In this document: positions 1 to 13,000 of the stretch, piece by piece
How the letters are laid out: every line of letters begins with the position of its first letter
Position numbering within the stretch: the stretch's first letter is position 1
From: Bipalium vagum
Lineage: Eukaryota
Length of the DNA: 37,621 nt
Assembly: GCA_037834085.1 (NCBI GenBank)
Contig: JBBMKC010140563.1
Location: 1-37,621 of the forward strand
Direction of reading: 5' to 3'
Translations under genes and position numbers: made by a program
The notes under the pieces: model-generated
What the model saw: only the letters and a program-made list of their open reading frames with translations
Database searches by the model: none
Told to the model about the DNA's origin: nothing

Positions 1-29
1 ATTAAATTAAAAAATTAATTAATTTTAAG

Positions 30-84
30 AAATAAAAAGGTTTTTTATTTAATTCAAATCTTGCGTGATTTTTGAGACACCCTA
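30..84. mobile_element. Terminal inverted repeat of a Tc1/mariner (rosa/maT-like) element extending off the left edge
   Basis: Reverse complement reads TA|TAGGGTGTCTCAAAAATCACGCAAGATTTG, resembling CAGGGTGT-type TIRs; followed by TA. Confidence 0.45.
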
Positions 85-1198
85 TATAAGAAAATTCATG
101 TGATATTAAAAATAAAAATGTTGATATTTAAAAGGAAATGAAGTTATAATACTATTTTTAATGCAAAATCTCATAATTTGTCTCGTTGCTAAGATATGAG
201 TTACTAACTGCAAGACATTCACAATGTGAGTGATTCCATTATCAAAATAAACTCCGGACACTCTGAAAATATAACATTAGCAGAAACCAGAAGGAAGATT
301 TAATGTGATTGATGGCGGCAAATTTATATATAATTAAAGTACAGTGTGACTTGTTTTAAAATTAACAGACCTTTGTTAAAGAAAAGTTAAAAGATATTAA
401 AAGTTTATATATATCAGCCATAATGAGAAAGAAAATCGAAATTTAGTATTAAACCTAAGTGCCCTGAAAATGAGCAAATGATTATTTATAAAGATTGCTT
501 TTCTTGTACAGAATATTTTATGTCATTAATCAAATTATTTAGATTATATTCGTCCAATCACTTATCAAGGATACAGTAATTTAGATTAGTTTTATGAAAT
601 GTTAATTAATTAATTCCTAATCTAATTTAATAATTCTGTTATTTCCATTTATTGTGTTTGACGATATTCATAATAAAATAATAATAATAATTTTAAAAAT
701 AATTATTATTAAACAAGATATCATATCAATATAATTATAATTTCATAACTCGACCGGTTTTTCGAACCAATAAATATTAAAATATCAAAAAAATTGAATT
801 ATTTGGTCACTTAGAGATTAGTTCAAAAAGTTGCTTAATATAATTTCTCCTTATGTCCAAGTGTTACGAATAAGTTACGGAATTCACACTACATAGGAAT
901 TGAAGAATTTTTTTATCTTAAAAGCATGGTAAAAGAGAACCTAACATTAAAAATTGAAGAAATAGTTCTGAATATTAATTTTTATTAGTACAAGAAGAAT
1001 TTAAATCTAATTTTTGAAATATGACAAAATTATTTAATCAATAAATTTTTTTTGAGATTAATTAACGCAGCGGAAAGAACAAAAAAATTCGATAACTTTA
1101 GTTCCAAGCTTATAATAAAATAATCGATCTTGGTCAGGAAGCCATTGAAAAATAAATAATTGAGAATCAATATCCATATTAAGTGAATTATAGATTAC

Positions 1199-2078
1199 TT
1201 AGGTTTATCTTTCGGATCCATTTGTTGACGAATTTCTTGCATCCAGTTCATAAGCTCGCGGACCATTGCTAAGAACCTGTGAAGATCTGCTGCATCCAAT
1301 AAACAGACTTTTCGAAATTCTGATGCCATTTGTAGTTCACGCCAAGCATGGAGGAGTTCATCACGGCGATCGCAAATTAGTCGTTCTTTTGCTCCAGCAT
1401 ACAGTGGCAATAAGTGATTGGCGGTTTCTACTTCAGACTCAATTTGTTGACCCAGTCGTTGGACCTCCTGTTCAAATGATTGATGTTTTCGCTGATATGT
1501 TGCAACGGATTTTGCGTCACGTCCAACTTCGTCGGGTATCGCCAATTTTTTTTCAGATATTCTATCGAGGAGATCCTAATAACAATTGGTATTATTATAA
1601 ATAATGCAAGTAATAAAATTATTTATTTATATTTAATTTATTATTATTTTTATTATTATTAATATATCATGTTTGTTACTGAAAATCTATACTTTAATAA
1701 TAATTATTTATTAACACTGTCAATGGTAAAATATTTTCTCTCTTATTACAGTTACTTAAAAGACAATAATAAATAGATTATCCAGCTTAAAATAAAAATG
1801 AAATATTTTTTTGAATCTGCGATGTCCATAATGAAAGAAAATAGACATTCAATTTCGATATTTGCCCTAAAATAGAAGACAGAAAAAACCGAGCACACGA
1901 ACAGGGCAGGCAGAGAAAATATTGGTAAACGTTCATCACACGATTTGAACACACTCTGGCATAATGGAAGAAAATTAGAAAGACATTCAGGAATTTCAAT
2001 TATTAATATCAATTGCTAATATCGATTTTCTCTACTGAAGGAAGACAAATATTTGTATATATAAATATATGTTAATGT

Positions 2079-2136
<58 letters not shown>

Positions 2137-5100
2137 TGGATTTTAAAATAAATTTAAATACAAGTTACCTGGCAGTTACTGAGAAACTTGTGCAAATCCC
2201 ACGCAGCTTTCAAAAGTTGTATTCTCGTCTCTATCAACTCTAATAAGTCTGTCCACGATTCATTGATTCGATCTTTCCATTGTGCTATTTCTGGGGATTC
2301 TGCATGACCTTGACTAATTAAATTGTCGCATAATTCGTTAGCGTAGCAAATTCTGCCACGACCAACGGAATTCGTTTCTTTAGCAAATTGAGCAAAACGA
2401 TCTCTTAACAAACAACAATGTTCATAATCTGATCCCATTTCATGACTGCTAGCTTGCACTATTCGATCTGCGATCCACGCTTCCAAATCTTGGATTTCTT
2501 TTAACAAATGAAACAATTTCACATTCTCTTCCAACTTGAACTGTCTTTCCGAGCACAAGTCTCGACATCCAGCGTACATTTTGTCGACTTTAGACTGCTT
2601 TTGTGCAACCAAATCACTTTGAGGATGAAGAGACAATACCATTTGTTGACTACGTTCCCCAAGATTTCTTATTTCATCAGCATAATTTTCGATCATTTTT
2701 TCAAATTGCTGGTGATTTTTCATTAAATTGTTGGAACTTTGCTCGTCCTGAATCAAAAAAAACAAGTTCGGTTGCTTTTCATTCACAATAAAAGTATTTC
2801 ACAAAATCATTTGCACTCAATGAGAAAAATATGATTTATGGATGAAATATAAATAATTTTATGTAACATTTAATTAATTTTACATAAAATAAGACATTTG
2901 GAAAAATCAATAAAATATAACCCCAAAACGACATGATTTACAAAATAAAAACAAAATGTTATTTCCTGAAGCACTTAGAGAAACTGAAAAAAGAGATGAT
3001 AAAATTAAAATAATTTGAGAGTATTGAAATATCAAAGTATACAGTAGAGTTCAAAATTCTTTGTCCTCTATATATGCCAAATTTTTAAATGTATATTTGT
3101 TTTTATTTGAAATAAGTTTGAACAAATATTCTTAGTCTATATAAAATAAATAAATCTATAAATTTTCATAATGTATATATTTTTATAAATCAATGTTTAT
3201 AAATATATCTTATTTTCGAGATTTTTTTAATAAAAATGTTTTCAGAACAAAAATCAAGTTGAATGATAGCAAGGCATTCAGCTATTTTGCATTTTTGGAT
3301 TATGGGTGAACGTTCTCCAGCAGCTTTATCCAGAATAAGAAAGATTTCTCTAAGAACTGTGAAATATAACATAAATAAAATTAAAGAACAATTTACCATT
3401 GAAAACCGTCTGCGCAAGGGACGACCTCTGAAGATTAATACGAGTGACAATACAGCGTTTTCTCAATGGATTAGATGGAATCATGAAAATGAAGGAAAAT
3501 GAATCATGACGGAAACATTAAAAGAACTTCTACAAAACTGATGGACAATCTATGTTTGGAAGTTTTTCAATGGAGCGTTCAACGATATCTTAAAAGATTG
3601 AGTTATCATAGTTCATTTTACCCCATAGGACTCCAATGATAACACAAAAACATAAAGATACCCGTGTTCAATGGACAATTCAGCAAAAATGATGATTGGA
3701 CTCTAACTATATTTACTAATGAAACGTTCCTGCAATTTTTTCGAAATACCATTCGTAGATGGTCGAAGAATCCAACCGTTGGATTCAAAAGAATTCCAAA
3801 AAATAGACAAAAGTTAATGCAATGGGGAGGCTTCAACATCAAGGGTCTTGTTGGTGTGCATGCATTTAAAAGAATTATGTATCAGCCATATTTTGTAAAA
3901 ATTTTCAGGAATACCTGATTCCAAATGCCAAATTGGCTGAGAGTCGAGATTACAAATGAACAATGATCCCAAACAGAAAGTCGGGTTGCCCAGGAATTCT
4001 TGTCTATTAAAGCATCCGAGGTAATAGACTGTCCTTCTAATAGTCCATATGTTAATTCCACAGAAAATTTATGGTCAATAATCAAGCGTATCATAAAGAT
4101 AAGAAAACCAACAAATCTTGATGAATTAATAGAGTTCTAATATGAAGAATGGAATAAGATTGATATGAACATCTTAAATAATTTAGTACACTCGATGGCA
4201 GCAAGATGTTTAGCGCTTATAGGAGAATGAATCAACTATTAAATATCAAACCTTTGTACCTTTGAGTGTAATATATTTTGTACATATTTAGTTTTTTTAT
4301 TTATTTTAAAGTAGAAATACTGAGAGTAAAGACTTTTGAACTCTACTGTAATTTATTAACTTTTCTAAATTATTTTCAATTTTTGAAAAATTTCATATTT
4401 TAACATATTAGGCAATTAATGAAAAATAAATACAATTTTTCTAAGAAATAGATTTCCGGATTATATTCCAAAAACTTGGATCATTCCCTAGTAAGAACAA
4501 AAAATAAGACATTACCGTTTATTAATTAATGTAGTTTATTTCTAAAATATATTTTTGATCACATTGTATCGACTATATCTAATAAAAATGTCAGTTCAAA
4601 ATCAATTGAATTTTTATAAAAAAAATATAAAAATAATATTAATTTATTTCAATCAACTTTGACATCGGCTAAAATAAATATCTTTCTGAAGCTAAATTAT
4701 TTTTTTCAAAATTTCTAAATTTTAAAATGTTAATTAATTTACAGGCTTTTTTATTTTCTATAAAGCTGTGTAAATGAATTTTTTGCTAGTAAAATTATGT
4801 TAAGATAATATGGGAAAAACAGAAAATCTTTAGTATTCAGTAGTAAACAATAGAACCTCACAATTAAACGATAGCAAGATCGATACACCACAAACTTGCT
4901 GATAACTGCCTCAAGCGGAAGAACAAACAAAAATATTATGGAAAAATAGAAATACAAAATAAGGGCCGTGGTTAAATCAAGTTTATATAATCAACTATTT
5001 ATTGATTCTGATAAAAATTTTAAATATCGGTCAGATTTGTATAAACCAAAAACTTAAAGCTATTTAAAAAAGTTACTATTAAAAAAGTCAGGAATAATAA

Positions 5101-8100
5101 TATTAATAATAATTATTATTAGTTTTATTATTATTATTATTTACGCTATTACTGTGAAGAGAAAAAGAACATTTAAAAAACTTGTTCCCATAGTAAAAGA
5201 AAATGCCAGAATACTTTGACCTTTAAATAGACATTAAAAGATACTAACAACATAAACATTTAATTGAATATTGATTAGAGCAGATTAATTTTCCCAATAT
5301 TTAATTATAATTAGTTGTATGAAAAGTTTCCTACAATTTTTAAAAATTTTTAATAATAATAAATAAAAAATTTTTTAAAAAATCAAAAACAAAATTCGAT
5401 TTGCATCGAAAATATTAAATTTTTGAGACGGGATTCTGAAAAATTATCTCTCAGATGTCAATTGTGAAATCGTTAATAATTGTCAAATTTTAATAATAAA
5501 ATATTACAATTCATGGATAATTTTGAAGTCCAAAGAATCAAAAAAACAATGATCAAAGAAAAAAACGAACCTTTGCTTTTTCTGAACTCATTAGATACAA
5601 CTCCTGTTCTCCCATCCACGCCTCTGCTTCGCTTGCGTCGAACAAATATTGCTGTACTATCAAATTGTCTTCTAAAATAGCTGACCGCTCGAACAATTTC
5701 ATTTGCAGCTCATCCCATAATTCCCATAATTCATTCATCGTTTTAGCAAATTTCTCACTTTGTGGATGGCCCTCGTCGATCATTGTTTTACCGTCCTAAC
5801 AATGTGAACGAGTGCAAAAAACACATCAGATCAGTCAATAGCAAAGTAAATGTTGTTCTTACTTCACAAATCGCTTCAATCCTCGGTCGGTGATTGTCCA
5901 CTTCATTGCTCAACGTTTTCAATCGTCGAATTAATTGCTGGACGGCCAATAATGAATCGCCAATTTTACCGTTGTTTTGTACAAGATTAATCTTCTCTTC
6001 AATCCACTGTTTTTCATCTTCAACATCTCTAAGAAATTGTCGAACTCGTTTACGTTTCAGCAGATTTTCACGCCGACCGGCCAAAGGAGCTTCGACTTGT
6101 GTCAATTTCACCCGAACTTCCTGTTGCATTTGCTCAATTTCATCTTCACGATCTGGATACTGTTCCTTGAGCTTCACTGCGTGACTCTAAAATGTATAAA
6201 TATATTTTGAAATATGTCACCGATAATCTAGACAAAGTTATTATTTATTTTGTTTTATATTTTTATTATTTTTTAAATTAATTTTATTACATTTTAATAA
6301 TTATTATTATGATCTAAATTAAAAGATCGTTTTAATTAAAAGATGTATTTTTATTATTACTGTCTATAGTTTTATTATTATTATTATTAATTATTATTAT
6401 TATATTTCTTAAAACCTATTATTTTTATTATATTTTGTAATTCTTAATATTTTATTATTTATCATTATTTTCACCTTTATTATTAATTTATTATCACTTT
6501 ATTTTTATTATTATTCAAAATAATTGACAGATTATAAGAGAAGAAATGATAAATAGTTATAAAAAATAATCATTCCAGTTAATAATTTTCGTATTTATTA
6601 AAATGATGTAAAAATATAAAAATTATTACTTCCATATCATCAAGAAGCTTTTTCTTTTGTTCAAATTCTTTATCTTTCTGTTCTTGGTCTTTCATTTGTT
6701 CGTTTATTTCCACAAGTCCTACTTCAGTCTCAGAATCCTCTTCCGTTGTAATTATTTGAGAACTGATATCGGTAATCCATTCTTTCATTGATTTAGCAGT
6801 CTCATTGAATATGGTTTCTATTCATTTGATATTGTCACAATAAATTATAGTTCGATAAAATAACATCCACTAACCTCTATTTGCATCAGCCATTTTTATA
6901 ATTTTGTCTTGAGCGGTTTTATTGAGTTCTCCCCACTGTTGGGCTAATTCGTCAATTTTCTTTTGAGCTATTTCGGAAAATTGTGGTCTCTGTTGTATCA
7001 ATTGTTCTCCATCCTTGAATTTACAAATATTATAGCTTTTGTTATTTTTTTCAGTAAAACAGAGCTAGTTTATGAGACTTGTTTAATGAAATATATTCTT
7101 AATATATATTAATAAGAATTTTTGAATAACGATTCAGCTTTTAAAATAACCTTAAATCGCTTTTTCAGAAAGAAAATTTCTAATTTGCAATAAAGCGAAA
7201 CTATTGTCATTAGAAATTTATAAAAGTTTTAAGATATTATAATGGTCAGAATGATAATTTGAAGATAACTTTTAAGATGAATATCATGTTATCCTGATAA
7301 TCATCAATATAAATCAATAATCATATAACTAAGTCTTAAAAATAAGAAATTAAAACTATTATATGTTATTGTTATCCATTTTCGTTTCAAATGAACAATG
7401 ATCTCAGCACCAGCCTAAATAAAAGCCACGAAAATATTGTATGATCGAAATTTATTATAAAATATAAAATTTTTCGAAAATGAATATATTGAGAAAGATC
7501 AATAATAGAAATAGAAAACAATCTCCAATCTCGGCCGAAATTTTTGATTTATGAAATTAATTAAACAAGAAATAATTTAATGGAAACAGAATCTAATATA
7601 AATTTTGTCATCAAACAAAAGGAGAAAATGTCATCGGTAGTCAAATCAGAAATATTCCTTAAAAATAAAATTGGACAACATTTGGCAAATATATATCTAC
7701 AAAAATAAATATAACATTTAATATGTAACATTTGGAAAGTAATTTTGACAATTGTCGTTTACGAAATTTTCAATTTTTGCAAGGACAAAAAGATCAAGTA
7801 GATCACATTAATTTGAAAAATGTGCTGAATAAATAGTTCAAAATGAGATCCAAATGACTTTTGATTATTTTCAGTTATTAAATCAACAAAATTTGAAATA
7901 CATCTGCAAATATAAAATCGAAAACATTTCCAAGAATCTCTGAATTATTTTTAGCAACCTATTTTTAATAAATTAAGAGTATTATGATAAATGTTTTTGA
8001 TTGAAAATTCTCATTGAAGATTTGATTTTATAAAAAATATGAAATAAATTTTATTCAACCTCATGATGAGAGATGACTAACTTATAAATTTTGACAAAAA

Positions 8101-9954
8101 TATTCATTTACAATACGACCAATAAGATAAAGAAAAAGATTATTTTGATCAGATAAATAAGACTATGACATATGCAAAATATAATTTTATGACGTGAAAA
8201 TGGAAAACTGCTGAATAAAAAATATCCATTAAAACATGTAAATCAAAACTTCAGAAATTTAAGAATCGATATTTATATAAAAATTAAAAATATTTGTAAA
8301 ATTGATTCTGGTTAGATTGATTATAAACTGTTATTTTTAAAAAAAACAAAAACGATTTTTCTATTTAAAAGAATACAAGTTAATATAATTGTATATATCA
8401 AAAAGATATGTAAATGTAACACATTTAAAGAAACTCGTTAATGTGATGTAATATGTATATATACATTTCAATGGGTGCCTCACACAGATGGTAAAATTAC
8501 AAAATATAGAGATTGTGAATGGAAATAAAACTTTCAACCAAATTTCGAGCTGTTAAGTAATTAACAATTGAAGATGTTTATTATTAGAATAAATAAATTT
8601 ACATCTGAAAATAATTTTTAAAGGTAACTGGAATATTATTTACAAAAAGAAGATCGATATTATCATCTCAATCTGGTTTAAAGGCCTTTACTTTTGCATA
8701 ATTTTTTTCTGATTAACGATAAAAGAAACAGGAATTTTTGAGTTGACTTTATTGCAAAATAACTCAAAATTAGTGATCTTTCGAAGATAGTATATATTTC
8801 TATTATGTAAGAATATCCTTTGTTATTAAATTAAGATAAACAGATAAAATTAAATTATACATAATATAAAATAAACAAATTAAATAAATGATGAAACTAA
8901 TAGTAATTTATTTTAATAAAAAAATAATATTTATATTATTAATAAATTAAAAATATTAAATTTTTTATCTATAATCAATAAATATACCACAAATATTTAA
9001 TTTATTATTTAATATCAATGCGTGTCAGTGACTAATTTTATTTGGATAAAATCCTCATGGTACGAGAATGCACAAATAAAAATAATTATGATTGACTTTG
9101 AACTATAATTTCTGTTTATAAATATAAATTTATCACACCGGTTTTCGTTTTAATGTGCATTTTTGAGTGCCAAATGTCAGAAAATCAACTACAGAGTTAT
9201 TGTTGAAAAAATTTCCGGCAATTATTTTTAGAAAACAAAATTGATAATTTCCAATCACTAATTCCTTACCTTTATAACTTTCTCAATTTTGTCCTTGTTG
9301 GCCCCAATTTCTTCTTCAAACGCTTTGAAACGACCGTAACGAGCAGAAACATTCTGTACATCTCGATATGAATCATCAGACGCTATAATCATCTTCTCTC
9401 CAATCCATTCTTCCACATCGTCTATTTCCTGATAAAACTCCTGTAACTCTAATTGCGCCTGCAATATTTCCGTTCGCTCACTGGACTTTCGTCGAATTGC
9501 TGCTCTCCTAATTAATTTTTTTTGTTTACAATTTCATGAAAATTTGATCGATATTTTTTATATTAATTTCTCTCTCCAATCACAACCCCTTGGAAAATTA
9601 ATGTGGTTATGTAATTCATTGCAAAATTTGTGTTTATTTGGATCAGTTTGATTAATTGATCGCTCGATCAACAAATAAATCAATTGTATGCCTATTTTAC
9701 GAAAATTCGACTAGTTGAGGTTCGTCTGTGATCGGATCCAATAAACAAATCAATTAACAAACAGTCAATGAGTAATTAATGAATTATCTTATTAAAAAAA
9801 AACGACTCAAATTTTTGGCCCCATTAAATCATACTGATCATATGTTATGTCTTTTTGACAAATTAGTATAAGAAATCACAATAACTTTAGTCAATGCAAA
9901 TAAATATTTCTTTGCAACCATGATATTAACAATTATATAATAATAATAATAATA

Positions 9955-10005
<51 letters not shown>

Positions 10006-13000
10006 ATCAGTAATCAATAAATACAGAACCTCTCAGCAATTTCTTCGCATTTTCTCTGAATTTTTTCAGCATTGAAATTATTATCCGACACAAGATTTCG
10101 TCCTGACTCCAGTAAAGTATCTATTTTGGTTTCATTTCCCAAGGCACTATTATTTGTATTGTCATGTTGTTTAATAGCCTCCTCAGCAGTCTCCACTGAC
10201 GTCTAACACATAGAAAGAATAATAAAATGAAACACAGAAATTTAGAAATGACTAATTAAATTAAATGGACTAACCGGTAAATCCGTTTTCATAACAGCAT
10301 TTTCCAATTTGCTGAGAATAATATCGATTTGTTGGGCATCTTTAAAAAATGTCTGAGCTTGCAGGCTTTGATTCAATATAGCTTCTCTGTCGTCACACAT
10401 TTTTTCCAATCCTTCCCAGCTTTCCTCTATTCCGCTAAGGCGTTGATTTAAAAACATATACTGAGCATCGTCCTGACCTTCGGTAACTTTACGTCCAAAA
10501 TTTATCAATCGCTCGAACTCCGGTTGATAAACTGAAATTTCTTGTTTAAGTTGATTATGCTGATCAAGCAACTTTTCAGCTTCCTTAAAATAAAAACCTT
10601 CAAACAGAAACTGGGTAATAAAAAGAACCAACCTGTAAACTATTGGCAACGTCTTCAGAAGCCACTGCAGTCTGTGATCGTCGAAGCCACATTTGGAAAT
10701 GATCTAAATCTTGTAGAAATCTTTGCAATTCACTGGAATCATTCAATTTGTCATCACGTTCTTTCAACATTCCTTTCAGTTCATTCCAGAGCTGCGTTAT
10801 CTTTTCTCGTTCCGGTTCAATAACTCCACTGGCATCAGGCTTTCGTTGCTCAATATTATCGGCTTCGTGATCCAGATGTTCAACTTTAGCTTCAATAGCC
10901 TTTAGGTCCCGTTGAAGTCCACCTAATCGTCGTTGCAGTTGCATTATGCCCTCGAGATCATTGCCCAATTCATCTGTCGACTGAATCAGCTTTTCCTTTT
11001 CAATTATCCAATTCGCTGTTTCTTGAGCCTCAATTAAAAATTGATTATATTTATAGCTGGTTTCGATATCTTGCTTTTTCTTCTCAACCATATCTGCTAA
11101 TTCATTCCAATTGATATTAAGATCGTCTTGCTTTTGAATTATATTTTCCGTGTTCGGATGTTCTTCAGAAACCAAATCTTTTGATAATTCATTCACTTTG
11201 CTAACTTTTTCGGCATTTGAACGCATTTCCGATTCAAAACAATCAAAACGATGTCGAATCACCTCTAGTTCTTCTAATTCGTCACTAGGAACGAGAGTAA
11301 TCAGTAACTTTTCTTTTTCAATTATCCACGTTTTAACAGAATCGGCAACATCGAAAAGCTTGTACATGGACAGAGCATCAAACAACTGCTGTTGTCTCAT
11401 ATTGCTAATTTCAATCACCTCTTCATAACGTTTTTCCAGTGTCTCCAGACGATTATAAATTTTGTTGGCATCGGTTTCGGGATATTCACTAACAATCGTT
11501 CCTTGGGCACGTAACTGATCCAATGCTTGTCGAAAGTTCACTAATTCTTCCATAATAATTTGATGATTTTTAATCAATGATTCCGTCAATGACAGCTTAG
11601 AGCCGACATCCTCATTTTTGACGATTCGCAGTTGATCGATCATCCATGCATCGGCATCATCGCAGTCAGTTAACAGTTGATAGAATTCCAAAGATTCCTG
11701 CAATCTCTGTTTTCTTTCGGCCGTCATATCAACCAAATGAGACCAGATTGTGTTCATCTTTTCAATTCTATCTTTGATCCTATCTTTACCCCAGTTATCG
11801 TTCTTAATCAGCTCTTCTCCTTTCTGCAATTCAGTTTCCAATACTTGTTGTCGAATTCTGACTTCTTCTTCCAAGGCTTTGTGTTTTCGTAAGAGTCGCT
11901 CAACGGAACTTAGATCATGTCCTAAATCAGGACTAGACATTAATTGGCTCTTTTCCTTGATCCATTCTTTGTCATCTTCCATTTCCCAGAAGAATTGCCA
12001 CATTTTCTTGGATTGATGAAGTGCATTGTTTCTATGCGAAGCCAATTCTAATAGAGCCTGGTAACTATCTTTCAACTGTTGACAACGATTCTCTACTTCG
12101 TATGGTTCTGCAGGTCTGTAGCCCTGTAAACTTTCATCGAAATCACAATCAATAAACACTTGAGCCTGTTCTAAGACTTGATTTTTGCGGATTTCTAAAA
12201 CGCGAATATCTGTTTCCAATAAGCCGTGCTTTTGAAGCAGATCATCAACGCCCAATAAATGCTTGCCACAATCTTCTGATTTCAAACGGTTGCCAATTTC
12301 ATCGATCCAATCCAAAAGATAAATAATCTCCTGGAACACATTCTGCATTTGTTTGGATAATTCTAGACGGTTTCTACGCATTTTCAATAATTCTAAAAGA
12401 TCCTCCCACATTTTGATCACATTATCCTTTCGGAAATTGATTCGTTCAATATCATGATAATTCTCTTCTGACAACTCTTCGGCCACTGTTACAACGGCAT
12501 TCACACGTTCTTCATATGCAAATATATCTGTCTCAATTGCTTCATGTTTCTTTGTAGCGGCCTCAACTGCAGCCAAATCAGCACCGAAATTGTCCTGGGT
12601 CACAAGTCTCTGATTTTCACTCAACCACGCTTCTCGCATTGTAGCTTTTCTATCAAACCTGGAACCCAACTGATCTAACTTTTCTTGTCTGGTAAGTTCT
12701 TCACGTAAACATAACTCCCGTTCGTGCTCAGACTTTTCCAATTTTTCCCAGCCTCGATTGATATCGGAAATAAGTTTCCCGTCCTCTGGAGTGTAAGGCT
12801 TCAGATTATTAGCTCGCATCTCACTGTGAATCGTGAATAACAGCATTTCTAGATTGCCTTTTTCGTTAAATTTTGGCGGCTTCTCACTTATTCGATATGT
12901 ATTAAAAGCCGCCAGCTGCTGTTGAACGCCAGACAAAGAATTGGCAAATAATCGTTCATCAAGCAACTGGATAGTGTGATTGATCCAGTCAAGCAAATCT

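Noticed and set aside
1815-2000. ICDVHNERK*TFNFDICPK, resembling a LINE C-terminal zinc knuckle; ORFs 1752-2012 and 1787-1999
   Set aside because: Too short and degenerate to call; the ORFs are low-complexity.
4751-4957. 68-aa hydrophobic minus-strand ORF inside a spectrin intron
   Set aside because: F/L/I/Y-rich composition expected from AT-rich DNA; non-ATG start; no spectrin similarity.
7380-8300. A-rich block with FPRISELFLA, hAT-like
   Set aside because: A single weak motif, no TIR/TSD or ORF continuity.
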